Shown: piece by piece, positions 33,402 to 47,330 of the stretch
Layout of the letters: every line of letters starts with the position of its first letter
How positions within the stretch are numbered: position 1 is the first letter of the stretch
Assembly (NCBI RefSeq): GCF_006345805.1
Contig: NW_021834234.1
Span: 9,572-73,571, forward strand
DNA length: 64,000 bases
Source of the DNA: Octopus sinensis
Taxonomy: Eukaryota
Direction of reading: 5' to 3'
The notes under the pieces: generated by a model
What the model was told of the DNA's origin: nothing
What the model saw: only the letters and a program-made list of their open reading frames with translations
The model's database searches: none
Program-made: the position numbers and the translations under genes

Positions 33402-36400
33402 TTTTGGTATTGGCAACATGAATGACAATGGTCAGAGACTATTTGAATTTTGCACATACCATAACCTGTGCATCACTAACACATTCTTTGCCAACAAGAC
33501 ATCCCACAAGGCATCTTGGAGACATCCAAGATCTCACCACTGGCATCAGCTGGATCTCATCATTACACAAAGATCCTTTCTGAATTCTGTTCAACTGACC
33601 TGTAGTTACCCCAGTGCGGATTGTGACACAGATCATTCACTAATAAGAAGCAGAGTGAGGATTCTGCCTAACAAAGTCCATCACTCCAAGAAAATGGGCC
33701 AACCATGCATTAACACAGCCAAAACCTCAGACCCTACACTACGACAATGGTTTGCTGTTTCTATCAAGGTTGCCCTCAGTAGCTGCCCAACCTCCTCTGC
33801 TGAAAGTAGGTGGAATTATATCAGGGAAGCTTTGTATACCACATCAATAGATACTTTCGGCATGAGAGAAAGACAAAACCCAGATTGGTTCAGTGCTGGG
33901 CTCTCAGAGCTGGAAACAGTTATCGAAGCAAAGCGTGTAGCTTTGATGCAATACAAGAGTGATTCTTCTACAAAGTCACTCGAAGAACTCAGAAAGCCAA
34001 GAAATAAAACCCAACTGACTGTCAGACGCTGTACAAATAGGTATTGGCAGGAAATCTGTCAGAGTATCCAGTCAGCTGCTTACAGTGGCGACACCCGTGG
34101 GATGTATGCCGGTTTGAGGAAGGCCCTCGGTCCATCTGCAACCAAGTCAACCCCTCTGAAATCAACTACTGGAGATCTCATCAAGGACCAAAGCAAGCAA
34201 ATGGATAGATGGGGGGAGTACTACCAGGATCTCTACTCGTGGGAGACCACGGTAGCTGAGGCTGCAATCAAGGGTGTCAAGATCTTGCCAGTCATGTGTG
34301 AACTTGACAGTCTGCCATCTATAGCAGAGCTCACCAAGGCTATTGACTCCCTAGCAAGTAACAAGGCCCCGGGAAAAGACGGCATCCCCTTAGAGATCAT
34401 CAAAACCAGCAAAAACACAATCCTGCTTCGGCACATTCATGAGCTTCAGTGTCAGTGCTGGGAAGAGGGTACAGTCCCTCAGGATATGCGGGATGCTAAC
34501 ATCATTACGCTTTACAAAAACAAAGATGACCATGGTGATTGTAACAATTACCGTGGAATATCTCTTCTAAGCACTGTTGGATAGACCTTTGCTCGCATTA
34601 TCCTGTCCAGGCTGCAACTGCTTGCTTCTCGAATTTATCCAAAATCGCAGTGTGGCTTTAGAAGAAGCAGATCAACTATAGACATGATATTCTCCATACG
34701 CCAACTTCAGGAGAAGTCCAGAGAGCAGAAAATGCCATTATATATGGCCTTCATTGATCTGACAAAGGCCTTTGACTTGTTAACCCTTTCGTTACCAACC
34801 CGGCTGAAACCGGCTGCAACTGCTTGCTTCTCGAATTTATCCAAAATCGCAGTGTGGCTTTAGAAGAAGCAGATCAACTATAGACATGATATTCTCCATA
34901 CGCCAACTTCAGGAGAAGTCCAGAGAGCAGAATTTGCCATTATATATGGCCTTCATTGATCTGACAAAGGCCTTTGACTTGTTAACCCTTTCGTTACCAA
35001 CCCGGCTGAAACCGGCTCTGGCTCTGAGTACAAATGTCTTGTTTTCAAAAGTTTTGAATTAAAATCTTCCATCAAACCTTAGTCACAATTTATGTTCCTA
35101 ATACTAGCTGAATGATAACCAAGTCATTTTACGAAATTCTTTGTTATATTTATAGTAATTGAAAGAAGCACAAAGCATCTCAAAATAAATACAGTAACAA
35201 AAGGGTTAAGTAGAAAAGGCCTCTTCATCCTGCTCCAAAACATTGGATGTCCCCCAAAGCTGCTGAGGATCATCAAATCTTTCCAAGATGATATGCATGG
35301 CACCATACAGCACAATGGTTCAACATCAGCCGCCTTCCAAATAAAAAACAGGGTAAAGCAAGGTTGTGTCCTTGCTCCTACATTATTTGGCATCTTCTTC
35401 TCACTGCTGCTGTCACATGCCTTTCAGACATCAGATGATGGAGTGTTTCTGCACAGTAGAAGTGATGGGAAACTGTTCAATCTCTCGTGTCTGCATGCCT
35501 AGACCAAAATCAGAAGCGTCCTGATCAAGGAGATGCTATTTGCTGATGATGCCACTCTGGTATCACTCACAGAAGAAGCCCTACAAAGTCTTGTCAACTG
35601 TTTTGAGCAAGCATGTGGCAACTTTGGTTTAGTTATCAGCCTCAAAAAGACCAACATCATGGGTCAGGCTACATCGGACATCCCAAACATACATATTGGA
35701 GACCACAGACTACAGGAGGTGGAGAAGTTTACATATCTTGGCTCTACCGTCACCTACAACCTATCCCTTGATGCTGAGCTCAATATACGCATTGGCAAGG
35801 CAGCTGCTGTGATGGCCCAACTCTCCAAACGGGCATGGGAGAACATTAAGCTGACCAAGACCACAAAAATGAAGATTTACCAGGCATGTGTACTTAGCAC
35901 TCTACTGTATGGAAGTAAGACTTGGACACCATACACATGCCAAGAGTGTCGCCTAAACATCTTTCACCTGCGCTGCCTCCAGAAAATCCTTCTCATCAAA
36001 TGGCAAAATCATGTCCCCAACAAAGAGTTCCTCAAGCAAGCAAGAATACCAAGCATGTTTGCACTCCACACACCAAGATGTATGAGATGGCTTGGACATG
36101 TTAGCCGTATGGAAGATGGCAGAATCCCCAAGGACATACTCAACGGAGAGTTTGCTAGGGGCACTAGGTCTGTGGGAAGACCATTCTTACGATACAAGGA
36201 TGTTTGCAAAAGGGACATGAATGCCTGCAACATCAATATTACCAACTGGGAAGCAGTTGCCAGAAACCGTGGAGATTGGCGACGTACCGTAAAAGAGGGA
36301 ACACAAAGGAGTGACATAGAGAGAGAAGAGAAATGGGAAGACAAGAAAAGACATCAACAAGAAACTATGACATTACAACCAGCCAGGCAAAGTCTTCACT

Positions 36401-36555
36401 ACATTTGTGGCACCTGCCAGAGGGAGTGTTTGTCCAGGATAGGACTACACAGCCACAGCAGGAGATGTATTAGGACATGAAATGTAAAAGCCAGACTAGA
36501 TTATTTTATGCGCAACTCCATTGTCTCCCGAGACAAAAAGGATGTCAGCAACAAT
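33402..36555 (+). mobile_element. RTE-BovB-like LINE ORF2, 5'-truncated, with premature stops and a nested MITE
   Basis: SWRHPRSHHWHQLDLII, DTDH, KAPGKDGI, NYRGISLLS, FIDLTKAFD, VKQGCVLAP, LFADD, C-terminal CGTCQRECLSRIGLHSHSRRC. Confidence 0.93.
34986..35205. mobile_element. piggyBac-type MITE
   Basis: TTAA TSD on both sides; TIR CCCTTTCGTTAC / GTAACAAAAGGG; interrupts the AFDL-LSR region of the host LINE. Confidence 0.88.
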
Positions 36556-39471
36556 ATATATGGATTTCGTAGACAGGAACAATCATATATATATGTATGT
36601 ATATATGTAAGTGTATGTGTGTGTCTTTGTGTCTGTGTTTTGCCCTCATCACTGCTTCACAACTGCTGTTCATTTATTTACATCCACATAAGTTAGTGGT
36701 TTCACAAGAAGAAACTAATAGAATAAGTACCAGTCTTATCAACATAAAAAAATCACTAGGCTGTGTCTCATATATTTTTGTTTGCCCACTCAGTTGTATC
36801 TATATATATATGTGTGTGTGTGTGTATATATAAAACACCCTAATGGGAGCCTTAACTCCCAAATTTTAGTAATTTCTTTTATGATCCAAAACTAGGTCAA
36901 AAGTACTGAATGGATCTTTATGAAATTTGGAAATTATATTCTATGCATAAGGGCCATAACCCCCATGACAATTCATATATTTTTGCTGTTGATGAAATTT
37001 TAACCATAGATATTAGACACAAATGAAGTAATATTTATAAAATTTCATCTTACAAGTTACAAAGACCCCTCCATGGGGACTTAACACCCACAATTTTGTC
37101 ATTTTATCTAAGCAAAAACGAATACAGTTGTGCTCTTGGAAGCTCTAGGGTTACCCGAGTATAAAAGTTGGGCATTATTTCAATGGTACAACATTGTAAC
37201 AGTTTGCTTTGACATACACTTACATTGTGATTTCTGCAATGTGGTGCATAAATTGTCAAGTAAATGAGAGGCATCTTTGCCTCCACTGATTCAGTTGTAA
37301 AGTGTTGAGTAAAGTTATTTGATTGCAGACCTCCTTTCAGTCTTTTTATTATCACTCGGTCACACATAATCCCCAGATGGTAACATTGATTTCAAGGCCT
37401 TCCCAGATGAGTGACTGGTTATTCAAAGACATTTATAGATTGTATATATATTCTGTCCAGTTACGTATCAGTATAGTGGTCATTTGCAAACTCCAGAGGT
37501 GACACTTTAATTTCTCCTTAACCCTCACGTCACACAGTTGTTAATATTTATTTCAGTTGGGTCACGCCCTTCCAATTGCTATAGATTCGTAATGCATCTT
37601 ACAGCTGTGCCTGTCACCCGGATGGTGAGGAATCCTACATTGGGAATGGTAACGACTAGGGTAGTGTAACTGACTGCTTATTGTGATCATTTATCTTTTG
37701 GGTTCCTGTAGCCTTTGCTCTCTTTTACAAACCCAGTGAACATATATTTCCTATTTTAAAGAAATTCAAACAATAGATATAAGACCCAAATTAAAACGAT
37801 TCTCAACAATTCAACTTCTCTGGTTGACATTAAGACACCCACCCCCAACAGGGGCCTTAACTCTCACATTTTAGAGTTCCATGACTTTCATTTTTCAGGA
37901 GCAAAATCTTTTTAACAGGTTCAATAAGACTGGAATTTTGGAATCTGTGCATAAAAATCAGTAGTATGGGCACGATTACATGTGGCACGATTACAATTCT
38001 TTTAGGGTGTGTAAAGAGGGAAATAACCCTCATTGCAATTTTGATGAAATTCGAAACGTAGATATTCCAGTTCATTACAGAAAATATAACAGAAAAGTCT
38101 AATTCTTCAATTGAATGTAACCGGGCAATGCTGGGTATCTCTGCTAGTATATATATATATATATATAAAGGATGACTTTATAACTTCTAAAAGTGTCTGG
38201 AGAGTTCTAAGTGAGAAAAGACTCAACCTCTGTAAAATTAGAATGGAGGCCATGTCTATTGAGGAATGCAATAGTAAAAGGAACAAGCGATTTCTCTGAG
38301 TCTGGTTTGCAATTTTGTTTACGAACTGATTAAGAAAAAAACAAAAAAGGGACCAGCCAGGGATGATTTCCACCTTCAGTAAGAAAGTGATCATCTTCCT
38401 TATAATATTCCAGCAGACAAATGAAGTATGACCTCAGAAATCCCCTTGGATGCAGCTACAGGAACACACATCCATGTGTGACATGGCACTGCAGATACAC
38501 TGATATTATACAACTGTTGATAGAGCAGCCGCTGCATGCGCTACCAGAGAGTTCAAGCTCCTAACTACCAGGTGGAAGTAGCAAGCAGAAAACTACACAA
38601 TCCGGTACCTTCATCTCGATCAACAACAAGAACAGAGAAACATGAAAACCAATCAAACCAGATAACGAACCTCATCAGAGGCTAAGACAGGTATTCAAAG
38701 CCCTAGCCAGAAAACAAGGTTGATGAATCGGCCTCTTTTCAAACCAGTAAGCTAGGTAGGAGCGCAAAACTGGGCGACAGTTAAACCATCTACTCCTAAA
38801 GTATTTTTACCTAGACACCATCTCAAGGAAGGTTGCTAACCAAAGCTAAAGAGTATCATGCTACCTTAACACACAGTCTTGAATGATCATTGACTACAAG
38901 AGCAGTTCGTTTGCCCTTTAACGGGTCTTATTTTGGTCCCGCAGGGTGTCCAACAATCACCCTCCCAACTAAGCAATGCTCGGTGGCGTTAAGTCACCAA
39001 CGACCCGACCATGCAACAGGTTGTACTGGATTACATGGTACCAGTGGTGCACAAGAGCAACCTGATATGTAAATCTAGCAATCAACAACACCCCTTCTAA
39101 TGCCTTTCTTGCAATTGTTGATTTACAAAGATTAAAGAGAAGCATTAATGCTAACCAATCCCCACAGTTTAGAAGGGTCTGAAAAGGGGATGGGAAGCCC
39201 CTTCCTCCCAATCCAGCAAGAAAAACAAGTAAAAGTGTTGGTTCCACAATAATAAAATACACCTGGTTTACTCTAGAGCAGAAGACGTTAGGAAGGGGAC
39301 CTGGCAGTAGAAACGATGCCAAACATGGAATGTGTGAGAAACATGACATCCTCTGTCCTCTCTGAGTGAGAAAGGATTCTAAACAGCAATCAATGTGGAC
39401 AGTGACAGTCTGTCCAGCTCAGGACAATAGGAAGGGTGGGTAGATGATGATGTTGATTATAATATACTTAC

Positions 39472-39649
39472 CATTTTTACCACAATAGCTACGGTTGAAT
39501 CCTGATTTATTTATTCCCTCAACAGCTCCTTCAGCAGTACCATGCCAAAGGCCATCAACTTCATTTGTAATCTTTGGATTTTCTACCTCAAACTTTCTTT
39601 TCAATGCTTGGTATCCCTGGTACAATGTTTTATTTTGAATTCTCTCAAT
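39472..39649 (-). CDS. PARP14-like: PARP14-like exon, catalytic N-terminal half (HGT motif)
   Basis: ctacag|IERIQNKTLYQGY...LWHGTAEGAVEGINKSGFNRSYCGKN-G|gtaagt; 178 nt, phase 0 to 1. Confidence 0.93.
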
Positions 39650-39939
39650 CTGTAGAAAAGGAAAATACATTTATGAAAAAACAATCAGTTCACTTCTTTG
39701 ACAAGGAAATAACGTTTGTGGTGAAAAAAAACCCCAACCCTATCTGCTTTTTTTTTTCTTTTTTATTTGATACCAATTTTGATTCGGCTGTAAATTTTGG
39801 TAAGGCATAATAGTTTAGCTGCAAAATGGTGTTGCATTTACAATTCAATGCAAGAAGTTAAAGCAGAGGTATTTTTGTTGAGCAAAGATTTCTTGTGAAT
39901 ATCCAAAAACACATAGAACCATCCCAAAATAGGTTAATA

Positions 39940-40305
39940 CATCATCATCATCATCGTTTAATATCCACCTTCTATGCTGGCATGGGTGGGATGGTTTGAC
40001 AGGGTCTGGCCAGCCAGAGGCCTGCACCAGACTTCTGTGTCTGTTTTGGCTTGGTTTTTACAGCTGGATGCCCTTCCAAATGCCAACCACTTTACAGTGT
40101 GGAGTGGATGCTTTTTAAATGGCACCTGCACTGACAGGGTCACCAAGCAACTTGCAAGATAAGGATCCTTTGAGAGAGGAGGGGGCATTGGAGGAGGGGA
40201 TCTTGTGTCAGATGTCGAAAAGTTATAGTCAGACAAGACAGAGAGAGGCAAAGATAAAGGATGAGGACAAAAGCAGGTATGCTGCCGCAAAGGAGATGCA
40301 ATGAG
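39940..40305 (-). mobile_element. SINE/RTE-tail repeat with a CT-rich body (related to 62400-62840, +)
   Basis: GGAAGGGCATCCAGCTGTA...CCCATGCCAGCAT..(GAT)n on the minus strand. Confidence 0.65.
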
Positions 40306-40400
40306 AATTAAATCTTTTATACAAACAAAATGTCTCTTAACATTTTGTTTTAACAATAAACCATCAAATATTGTTTATAAACAGAAATGAAAATACAAAC

Positions 40401-40534
40401 TTTGATTATACGATAGGAAGGCAAATTCCGACGGAAAGTGGCCTGGATGTCGTCATATTCTGGTCCATTTGTGACTTGAACAATTTTAACTAATTCCTTG
40501 TCTCCCATTGGTGACCATGTATCAGGGACCGACT
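40401..40534 (-). CDS. PARP14-like: PARP14-like exon, start of the ART domain
   Basis: ctctag|(E)SVPDTWSPM...GPEYDDIQATFRRNLPSYRIIK|gtttgt; 134 nt, phase 1 to 0. Confidence 0.9.
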
Positions 40535-40953
40535 CTAGAGGCCAAACAGAAATCAAATATTTCAGAGCAGAATTAAAATTATGAACCCTTTTTCTATTGA
40601 AAGTTAAAAAAAAAAAAAAAACAGGAATATCTTGGTCAATTTTGGGATTTAGACAAGAAATACTGCCAACCAGGATGGTGCGAATCAGCCCTGCTTTACC
40701 TGCTAGAAATAATAACACAAATACTTTTAAATCAGATCTCAATGCTGGATGTTCAAGAATCAAATAAAGGGCAGATTTTCAATCCTCAGATCATTCTGAT
40801 TCCAAAAAGGTATAATATTTCTATGTTGAGCATTTGTAGACTGAAGTACAGAGGTCCCAGACTGACAGACAGAATTTCACTTTTATTATAATAGATAAAA
40901 AAAACTACAAAAAAATAAACGAGAATGTCTTTATAGTAAAAATATGCACGTAC

Positions 40954-41322
40954 CTTCCTTTTGGTTCTGTTTTCTCTTCATTTTAAATTCCCTCCCTCCG
41001 GATTGAAAACTCATTTTCTGAAAATCGTATTTTATTTTGTTCCAATTAATGAATTTCTTTTTCAGTGAGTATGCTCTCTCAAGCTTGGCATTTTCTTTGT
41101 CACTAAACATTCTTAGGTTTTTTGGAAAACTTTCTTCAAAGTAAGACCATTGTACCATTTCCTTAATAAGAGTCTCGTCATCAGTTTCTTTGAATTCCTT
41201 TATAATGATTGGACAGAGGGTTCAGCATCTTTTACATGAGATTGTCTGCCATAAATTGTAATTGTGTCACTGACAGAAATCTGGATTTTATGTGTTCTAC
41301 TAATATCCCTTAAACGCAGCTT
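40954..41322 (-). CDS. PARP14-like: PARP14-like exon, KH-like and WWE domains, with an apparent 1-nt frameshift near 41200-41221
   Basis: ttttcag|[34 protein letters not shown] ... (other frame) [54 protein letters not shown]|gtacgt. Confidence 0.85.
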
Positions 41323-41344
41323 CTGAAAAAAAAAAATCAACAAA

Positions 41345-41468
<124 letters not shown>

Positions 41469-41719
41469 ACCACCACTGCTGCTAACACCTGTTACTAAGA
41501 AACACTATAAATATTTCTAACAATCCTAAATTGACCACCATGTAGAAATACATTTTCCACAGTGGGTTCCACTTCATTTGTTAATTTTCTTTTTGAAGAT
41601 TTTTGTAGTCCTAATGTGAAAAATAATTTAATATCCACACTCGACTCTGACTAAGTCTATACGCAAATATGTACATATGTACTAACTTGTATTCACATTT
41701 ACTAATGCTAGGGTGCCAG

Positions 41720-43690
41720 CATGGTACCATTGGCTGCAGGTAATCAGCCCACTATGCATGCAAGACTGCAGGAGCTCCAACGAATCCTGTGATAAAAAAT
41801 GGTGTAGACCCAAAGTACCGATACTGCAACGATGGGATTGAAACAGTGGACCACCTAATCTCTGGGTGTAAGGATTTAGCACCTGTAGAGTATCAAGACA
41901 GTGTCGACCAATATCTAATTTGGATAATGTATCAGCTTTATAAAATCAAAATTGCTGACAAATGGTACAAGCACCACCCTGAAGCTGTTAGAGAGGGAGA
42001 AAATGTAACGATTCTTTGGGACTTCCCAGTATGTACAGATGTGACCATCAAGGCAAATAAACCAGAAATTGTTTTGAAAGACCAAAACAATAAAGTCTGT
42101 TTATTGATTGACGTGAGCGTACTTTGTGTCTATGATATTTCGGCAAAAGAATTTGATAAGCTCAGAAAATATAAAGATCTGCTGATTGAAATCGAAAAGA
42201 TGTGGCATCTCAAGATGGTTACAATACCAGTAACTGTAGGAGCACTTGGAATGATCAAAAAAGGAACTGAAAATTATTTATGAATGATCCCTGAATTACC
42301 ATCCAGGCAGGAAGTGCTAAAGATTGTCTTAACTGGTATGTTACACATATTGAGAAGAGCATCATTGCTGTGAATTTTCTTTCCTTTTTTCCCCTTTATT
42401 TTCTACTAATGTATACAGTACATTTCTCTGCCCTAGGTGTCAGGAAGACACTCAGCAAGAAATAGAAACAGAACTGGAAGATGATAATGAAAATAACGAT
42501 AACAATAATAAGAGGACTAATAATAAAAGGAGAACTAATATCGATAGAAGACTGCATGGAGTTAGAATAGATACAGACTACTATGTAAGTAGTAGTGAAG
42601 AAAGTTTATTAACAGCTACTAAAGTCACAGCAAGAGATAGGGAAACCAACCAAAATACCAAACGAAGTAGAAAATCAGAAAAAAGAAACAGAAATTATCT
42701 GACTGGCAGGAGAAGGCATTGCATGGTAGATTCCCAAAGATAGTTTCAACAAATAGTAGTAGTGAGACATGGTTATGTTTGCTTAAAGGATGGCTGAATA
42801 GGGAGACAGAATGTTTGTTAGTAGCAGCACAAAATCATGCATTAAGGACTAATTGGATAAAGGCCAAGATAGACAATAACCAAGTAGATTCCCAGTGTAG
42901 ATTATGCAAATCAAAAGAGAAAAATGTTACTCATATAGTAAGTGAATGTAACATGATGGCAAAGAAAGAATAGAAGAAAAGACATGATAACCTAGGGAGA
43001 GTAATCCACAGGGAGGTATGTAGAAAGCTAAGATTTGACTATACTAATAATATGAAGATGAACCTAATAAAGGTACTAGAAAGTAAGAAATGTAAGATGT
43101 TGTGGGAGTTTAACATTCAGACTGGCAGAGTAATAGAAGCTAGAAGGCCTGGTTTAGTAGCAGTAGGTAAAGAGAATAGAAAGTGCCAGATAATTGACTT
43201 TACAGTCACAAATGATGAGAAAGTCAATATAAATGGTTTAGAAAAAAACAGCAAAGTACCAGGACCCAACCACTGAATTACAGAGACTATGGAAAGTGCG
43301 GGTAAAATCTATTCCAGTAGTTATAGGTGCATTGGGAACTATCGCTAAAGATTCGAACAGATGAATAGAGGGAATAGGCATAACACATAATTTAGTACAG
43401 CTCCAGAAAACAGTGTTATTAGGGACAGCTTGGATGCTTAGGAGGGTTCTTGGCATCTAAGGTTATTCTGTTGTAGCCTGATGTTAGGAATTTTTCTTTT
43501 CAACAGTCTAATCTGTTGTACATATATGAATAATAATATAAAAATTTTCTCATTGAAATTGGAAAATGTGGTTACAGTGCCAGTGATTGTAAGAACAATT
43601 GGACTGATCAAAAAAGGAACTGAAAATTATATGAGAATGACCCCAGCACAAGAAGTACAAATGGTTGTTTTAACTGATACATTACATGTT
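41720..43690 (+). mobile_element. Cluster of three R4/Dong-like (restriction-like endonuclease) LINE 3' fragments
   Basis: CRYC..ETVDHLISGC..LWDF..KPEIV..LIDV..KYKDL..VGALG; AAQNHALRT..CRLCK..HIVSEC..LWEFNIQT..RRP. Confidence 0.85.
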
Positions 43691-43914
43691 TAGTAGAAAA
43701 TTGTTGATATGAGAATGATAACCATCCATGTAAATTTTGTTTTCTACATAACTTCATCTGATTTTGTAAATGAACAACCTGGTGTGTTTATTTTAATTGC
43801 CTATCAATGTACAAAGTGAGTTTTTTTTTCCCTGGGTGTCAGGAAGACACTTGGCAAGAAATGGAAACAAAATTGAAAGAAAAACAAATAATAATAATAA
43901 AAAAAATAGTAAAT

Positions 43915-44595
43915 GCCCTGATGCTCTTCCAGGCAGTGGCCCTCATGACTTTTGGATGTGTTATCATGTACATTGTTTTGGTATAAAAGATGGGTTGCAG
44001 CAATTATTCCACTCAATACCACAGACTTGCTTGTCAGAATGCCCTGATGCTGTACCAGGCAGTGACTCACATGACTTCTGAACATAATTGATTGGATGTG
44101 TCATCACGTACATATTTGATCTTAGCGTGAAAGATGGGCTACAGCAAATATTCTGCTCAATACTAGAGATTTGCTTGTCAGTTTTTTTACCTTAACCAGT
44201 TGAGCATGTCCCTTAGTGGCTGACGATATGTGCATCTCTGATCATGAGCAGTAGTGGGAGAGGAACATCATAGCCATACGTTGAGCAGGATTCTTTAGAG
44301 TTTGAATAATTCATCCCTGAAAACATGGGTGTTTTGTTCATCATCCTTAAACAACCCTTATTCAAGGACCTTTTGAGCAGGATGGGCTACTCAAGCCGAA
44401 GAAAATTCTAACTGGGCCCTGCTTGCAAGTTCATGCACTTTTTTACTATAAGATCACCATGTTGCACACATATGGTTGTGATGCATGTGCCTAGTGTACC
44501 CTTATCAGACGGGTAGTCATGATGGGTGTATTTGGCTTTGTATATTTGGCTCCCAGTGTCACTTTGATGGCATGCATTGCTCTCTCATGTAATAA
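43915..44595 (+). repeat. Interspersed non-coding repeat associated with (TAA)n; second copy at 59063-59628
   Basis: ~500 bp shared between the two loci; the 5' ~130 bp is tandemly repeated here. Confidence 0.75.
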
Positions 44596-45158
44596 TGATA
44601 TTTGTACTGAAAAACAAGATTGAGTGAGCTTCTGCCCTTTTGCTCAATGTGTGGTTTCCGTCCATGCTGGGAAACCAACAATCTATGAGTCTCAGTTGTG
44701 TTGACATCAACTGCCCACATTTTCAGGAGGTTTCTCTCCATCAAATATTGTTATCTCCTTATGCCTCAAATATATTGTTGTACGGTTGATATTGTCAATG
44801 ATAGATAAAGACTACACTGTAACAGTGTTATAACAATACAAAATAGAAACAGTAACAAACACTTCAGGAACCAACAATCAATATTTCCAACACACCCACT
44901 CAAACTCTAAAGTGTATCTGGACTTCAAAGACCAAACTGTGAACTCCTGACTACATCAGACAGCTTCTATTTATATGAAGTGGTGCCATCTACTCTCGTC
45001 AGGGGTGTCGTACTCTCATCGCAACAAATATATATATATGTACCTTAGGGCTCTGGTTGAGACCCAGTTGGAAAATGAAAATAAAATGCATTTCAATCAG
45101 AAAATGATAACAACAATAATAATTAAATAAGAACCCTGTATTGTTGTGGACAACTTAC

Positions 45159-45367
45159 TCGAGATTCTGTCAAGTCCACATCATCAAATGGTATTTGCTG
45201 AGTTGTTAATAGAGAATCGTACTCTTTTTTAACAGTTTCTATAGCATTGTCAAGATTTTGGTATTTAGCAAAGAATTTCAATGTGACACCAACGTCTTTT
45301 TGACCAGCAGAGACATCATATTCTATTTCTTTATCTTCATCATCTTCATCATCTATATCTTCATCAT
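45159..45367 (-). CDS. PARP14-like: PARP14-like exon (acidic linker and KH-like start)
   Basis: tttcag|(D)DEDIDDEDDEDKEIEY...VTLKFFAKYQNLDNAIETVKKEY...DLTESR|gtaagt; 209 nt, phase 1 to 0. Confidence 0.85.
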
Positions 45368-45727
45368 CTGAAATAGAAGAAATGTTCATTTTGTCAATGA
45401 AAAATAACCAAACAAGCAGCAGAAGATTTCTTATGTTGCAGCTTCAAAATTAAATAATAATTCTAGTGTTTTCTGTTTTTCTGTTTAGTGAAGAGTTATA
45501 AGTTCCTGAGATAATGAAGTTAACCTGAAAAAGACTATCACCTTATCCCTGTGGGGAGTGATAACAACTGCTCTTTAATTATTGCTATATATTACTATCT
45601 AGTACATGTTTACAATACGACTATTTCAGACCACTGCTACCATCCTAGGACTCTGTGTAGTGAACGATGTCAAGTGTTGTTAAAATTATTTCTTCTCTTT
45701 TTGTATTCAAGTTTAAATTCTCTCTAA

Positions 45728-47330
45728 TTCATCATCATCATTTGAAGTTCAATGTCCATGCTGGCATGGATTAAATAGTTTGACCAGGGATGGTAAGCTG
45801 AGGGGCTGCACCAGAATCCAGTCTCATTTGGCATGGTTTCTACAGCTGGATGTCCTTCCTAATGTCAACCACTCCAAGAGTATGATGGGTGCCAATTTGC
45901 ATGACTCTGGTATCTAGCACTACTGCGATTTTTCTTGGCTTGATGGGTCTTCTTTTGAAGCATGACATAATGCCAAAGATCTTGGTCGTTGCCTCCATGA
46001 GGCCCAACACTTGAAAGGAGCTTTTCATATCCCACCATCACCAGCCATTTTGTGTCCATAAGGTCCAATGCTTGAAAGGTGTTTTTTACATGCTACCAGC
46101 ATGGGTGCCAGTTACAACTACGATTTCACTTGGCTTGAAGGGTCTCCTCAAGCAAAGCATATTGTCAAAGGTCTCAGTCACTAGTCATCGCCTCTGCGAG
46201 ACCTTACATCAAAAGATCATGCTTCATCACTTTGTCCCATGTCTTCCTGGGTCTACCTCTTCCACAGGTTCCATCCACAGTTAGAGATCGGCACTTCTTT
46301 ACACAGCTGTCTTTGTCCTCATGCATCACATGACCATACCTGAGCAGGAATATATATATCATCAACATCATTATCATCATTGCCGTTTGATGTCTGCTTT
46401 TGATGCCGGCATGGGTTGGACGGTTTGACTGAGAACCAGCAAGCTGGGAGGCTGCACCAGGCTCCAATCTGATTTGGCAAGGTTTCTACAGTTGGATGCC
46501 CTTCCTAATGCCACCCACTGAGAATGTAATGCATGCTTTTTATGTGCCAGTCAGGTGGCACTGGCATTGGCCACATTTGGATTGAGCTGTTTACATGTCA
46601 CCGGCACAGGTGGCACTGGTATCGGCCACACTCGGCCAATGCAAGAATCTTCATTCATTACACTAATCATTTTGACCCATCTAGCATCAATCCCTCATGG
46701 GTGGGATACTGTACAACTGGTTTAGGTGTATCCCTTGGTAAAGATGTATCTGAGGTGACTGCATTAAAATAAACTCTGGTTCCATCCTTCTCTAGCAACC
46801 AGCACTTCTTAATACAGCTACCCTCATCCATACATATCACATGTGCATACAACTGCAGCCTTCTCTCTTGCATGTCATATCTGATGCCTCTTTTGCCAAT
46901 CTCTCTCAACATGTACTTTGCTCTCACATGCACACTGACATTGCACATAAAATGGAGTATATTGGCCTTCATTTCCCTCTAGTCTTCACATGTCCTCTGA
47001 TTCAGGGCTAGTGTTTCCCTTTCATGTAGCATTACTGTTCACACACAAGCATTATACAATCTACCTGCGGTTCTGAGAAGAAGAGGACTTTTGTCACCAA
47101 CAGAAGTAGAAGCTCTCTGAACATTCTCATGCTGGTTCTTTTTCTAGCAACTATACTTTCAGTACATCCACCTCCACTGCTAATTAATCTTACTTACTTG
47201 TACTTGTGACGGCATTCACCCATGGCGGGTTGAGCCAGCTTCTTCTTTGTTCCTAACGGAGAGTTAATTGCCTCAATTAATCTGCTAATTAATCTGCTAA
47301 AGAGCAGAAGCAATCTGCTACCTCTACTGT
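45728..47330 (-). mobile_element. Stacked decayed RTE-family 3' fragments
   Basis: [29 protein letters not shown]; two family tails with (GAT)n; MCNVSV..LREIG..QERRL. Confidence 0.8.

Noticed and set aside
38290-39410. Unassigned moderately GC-rich segment as a possible alternative PARP terminal exon
   Set aside because: No GxGxYFA-like continuation seen by eye
44218-44270. CTGACGA as a hammerhead core (also at ~59251)
   Set aside because: No stem II followed by GAAA
44776-45026. Possible short solo LTR (TGTTG...CAACA)
   Set aside because: TSD imperfect (TATAT/AATAT) in an AT-rich context; insufficient support
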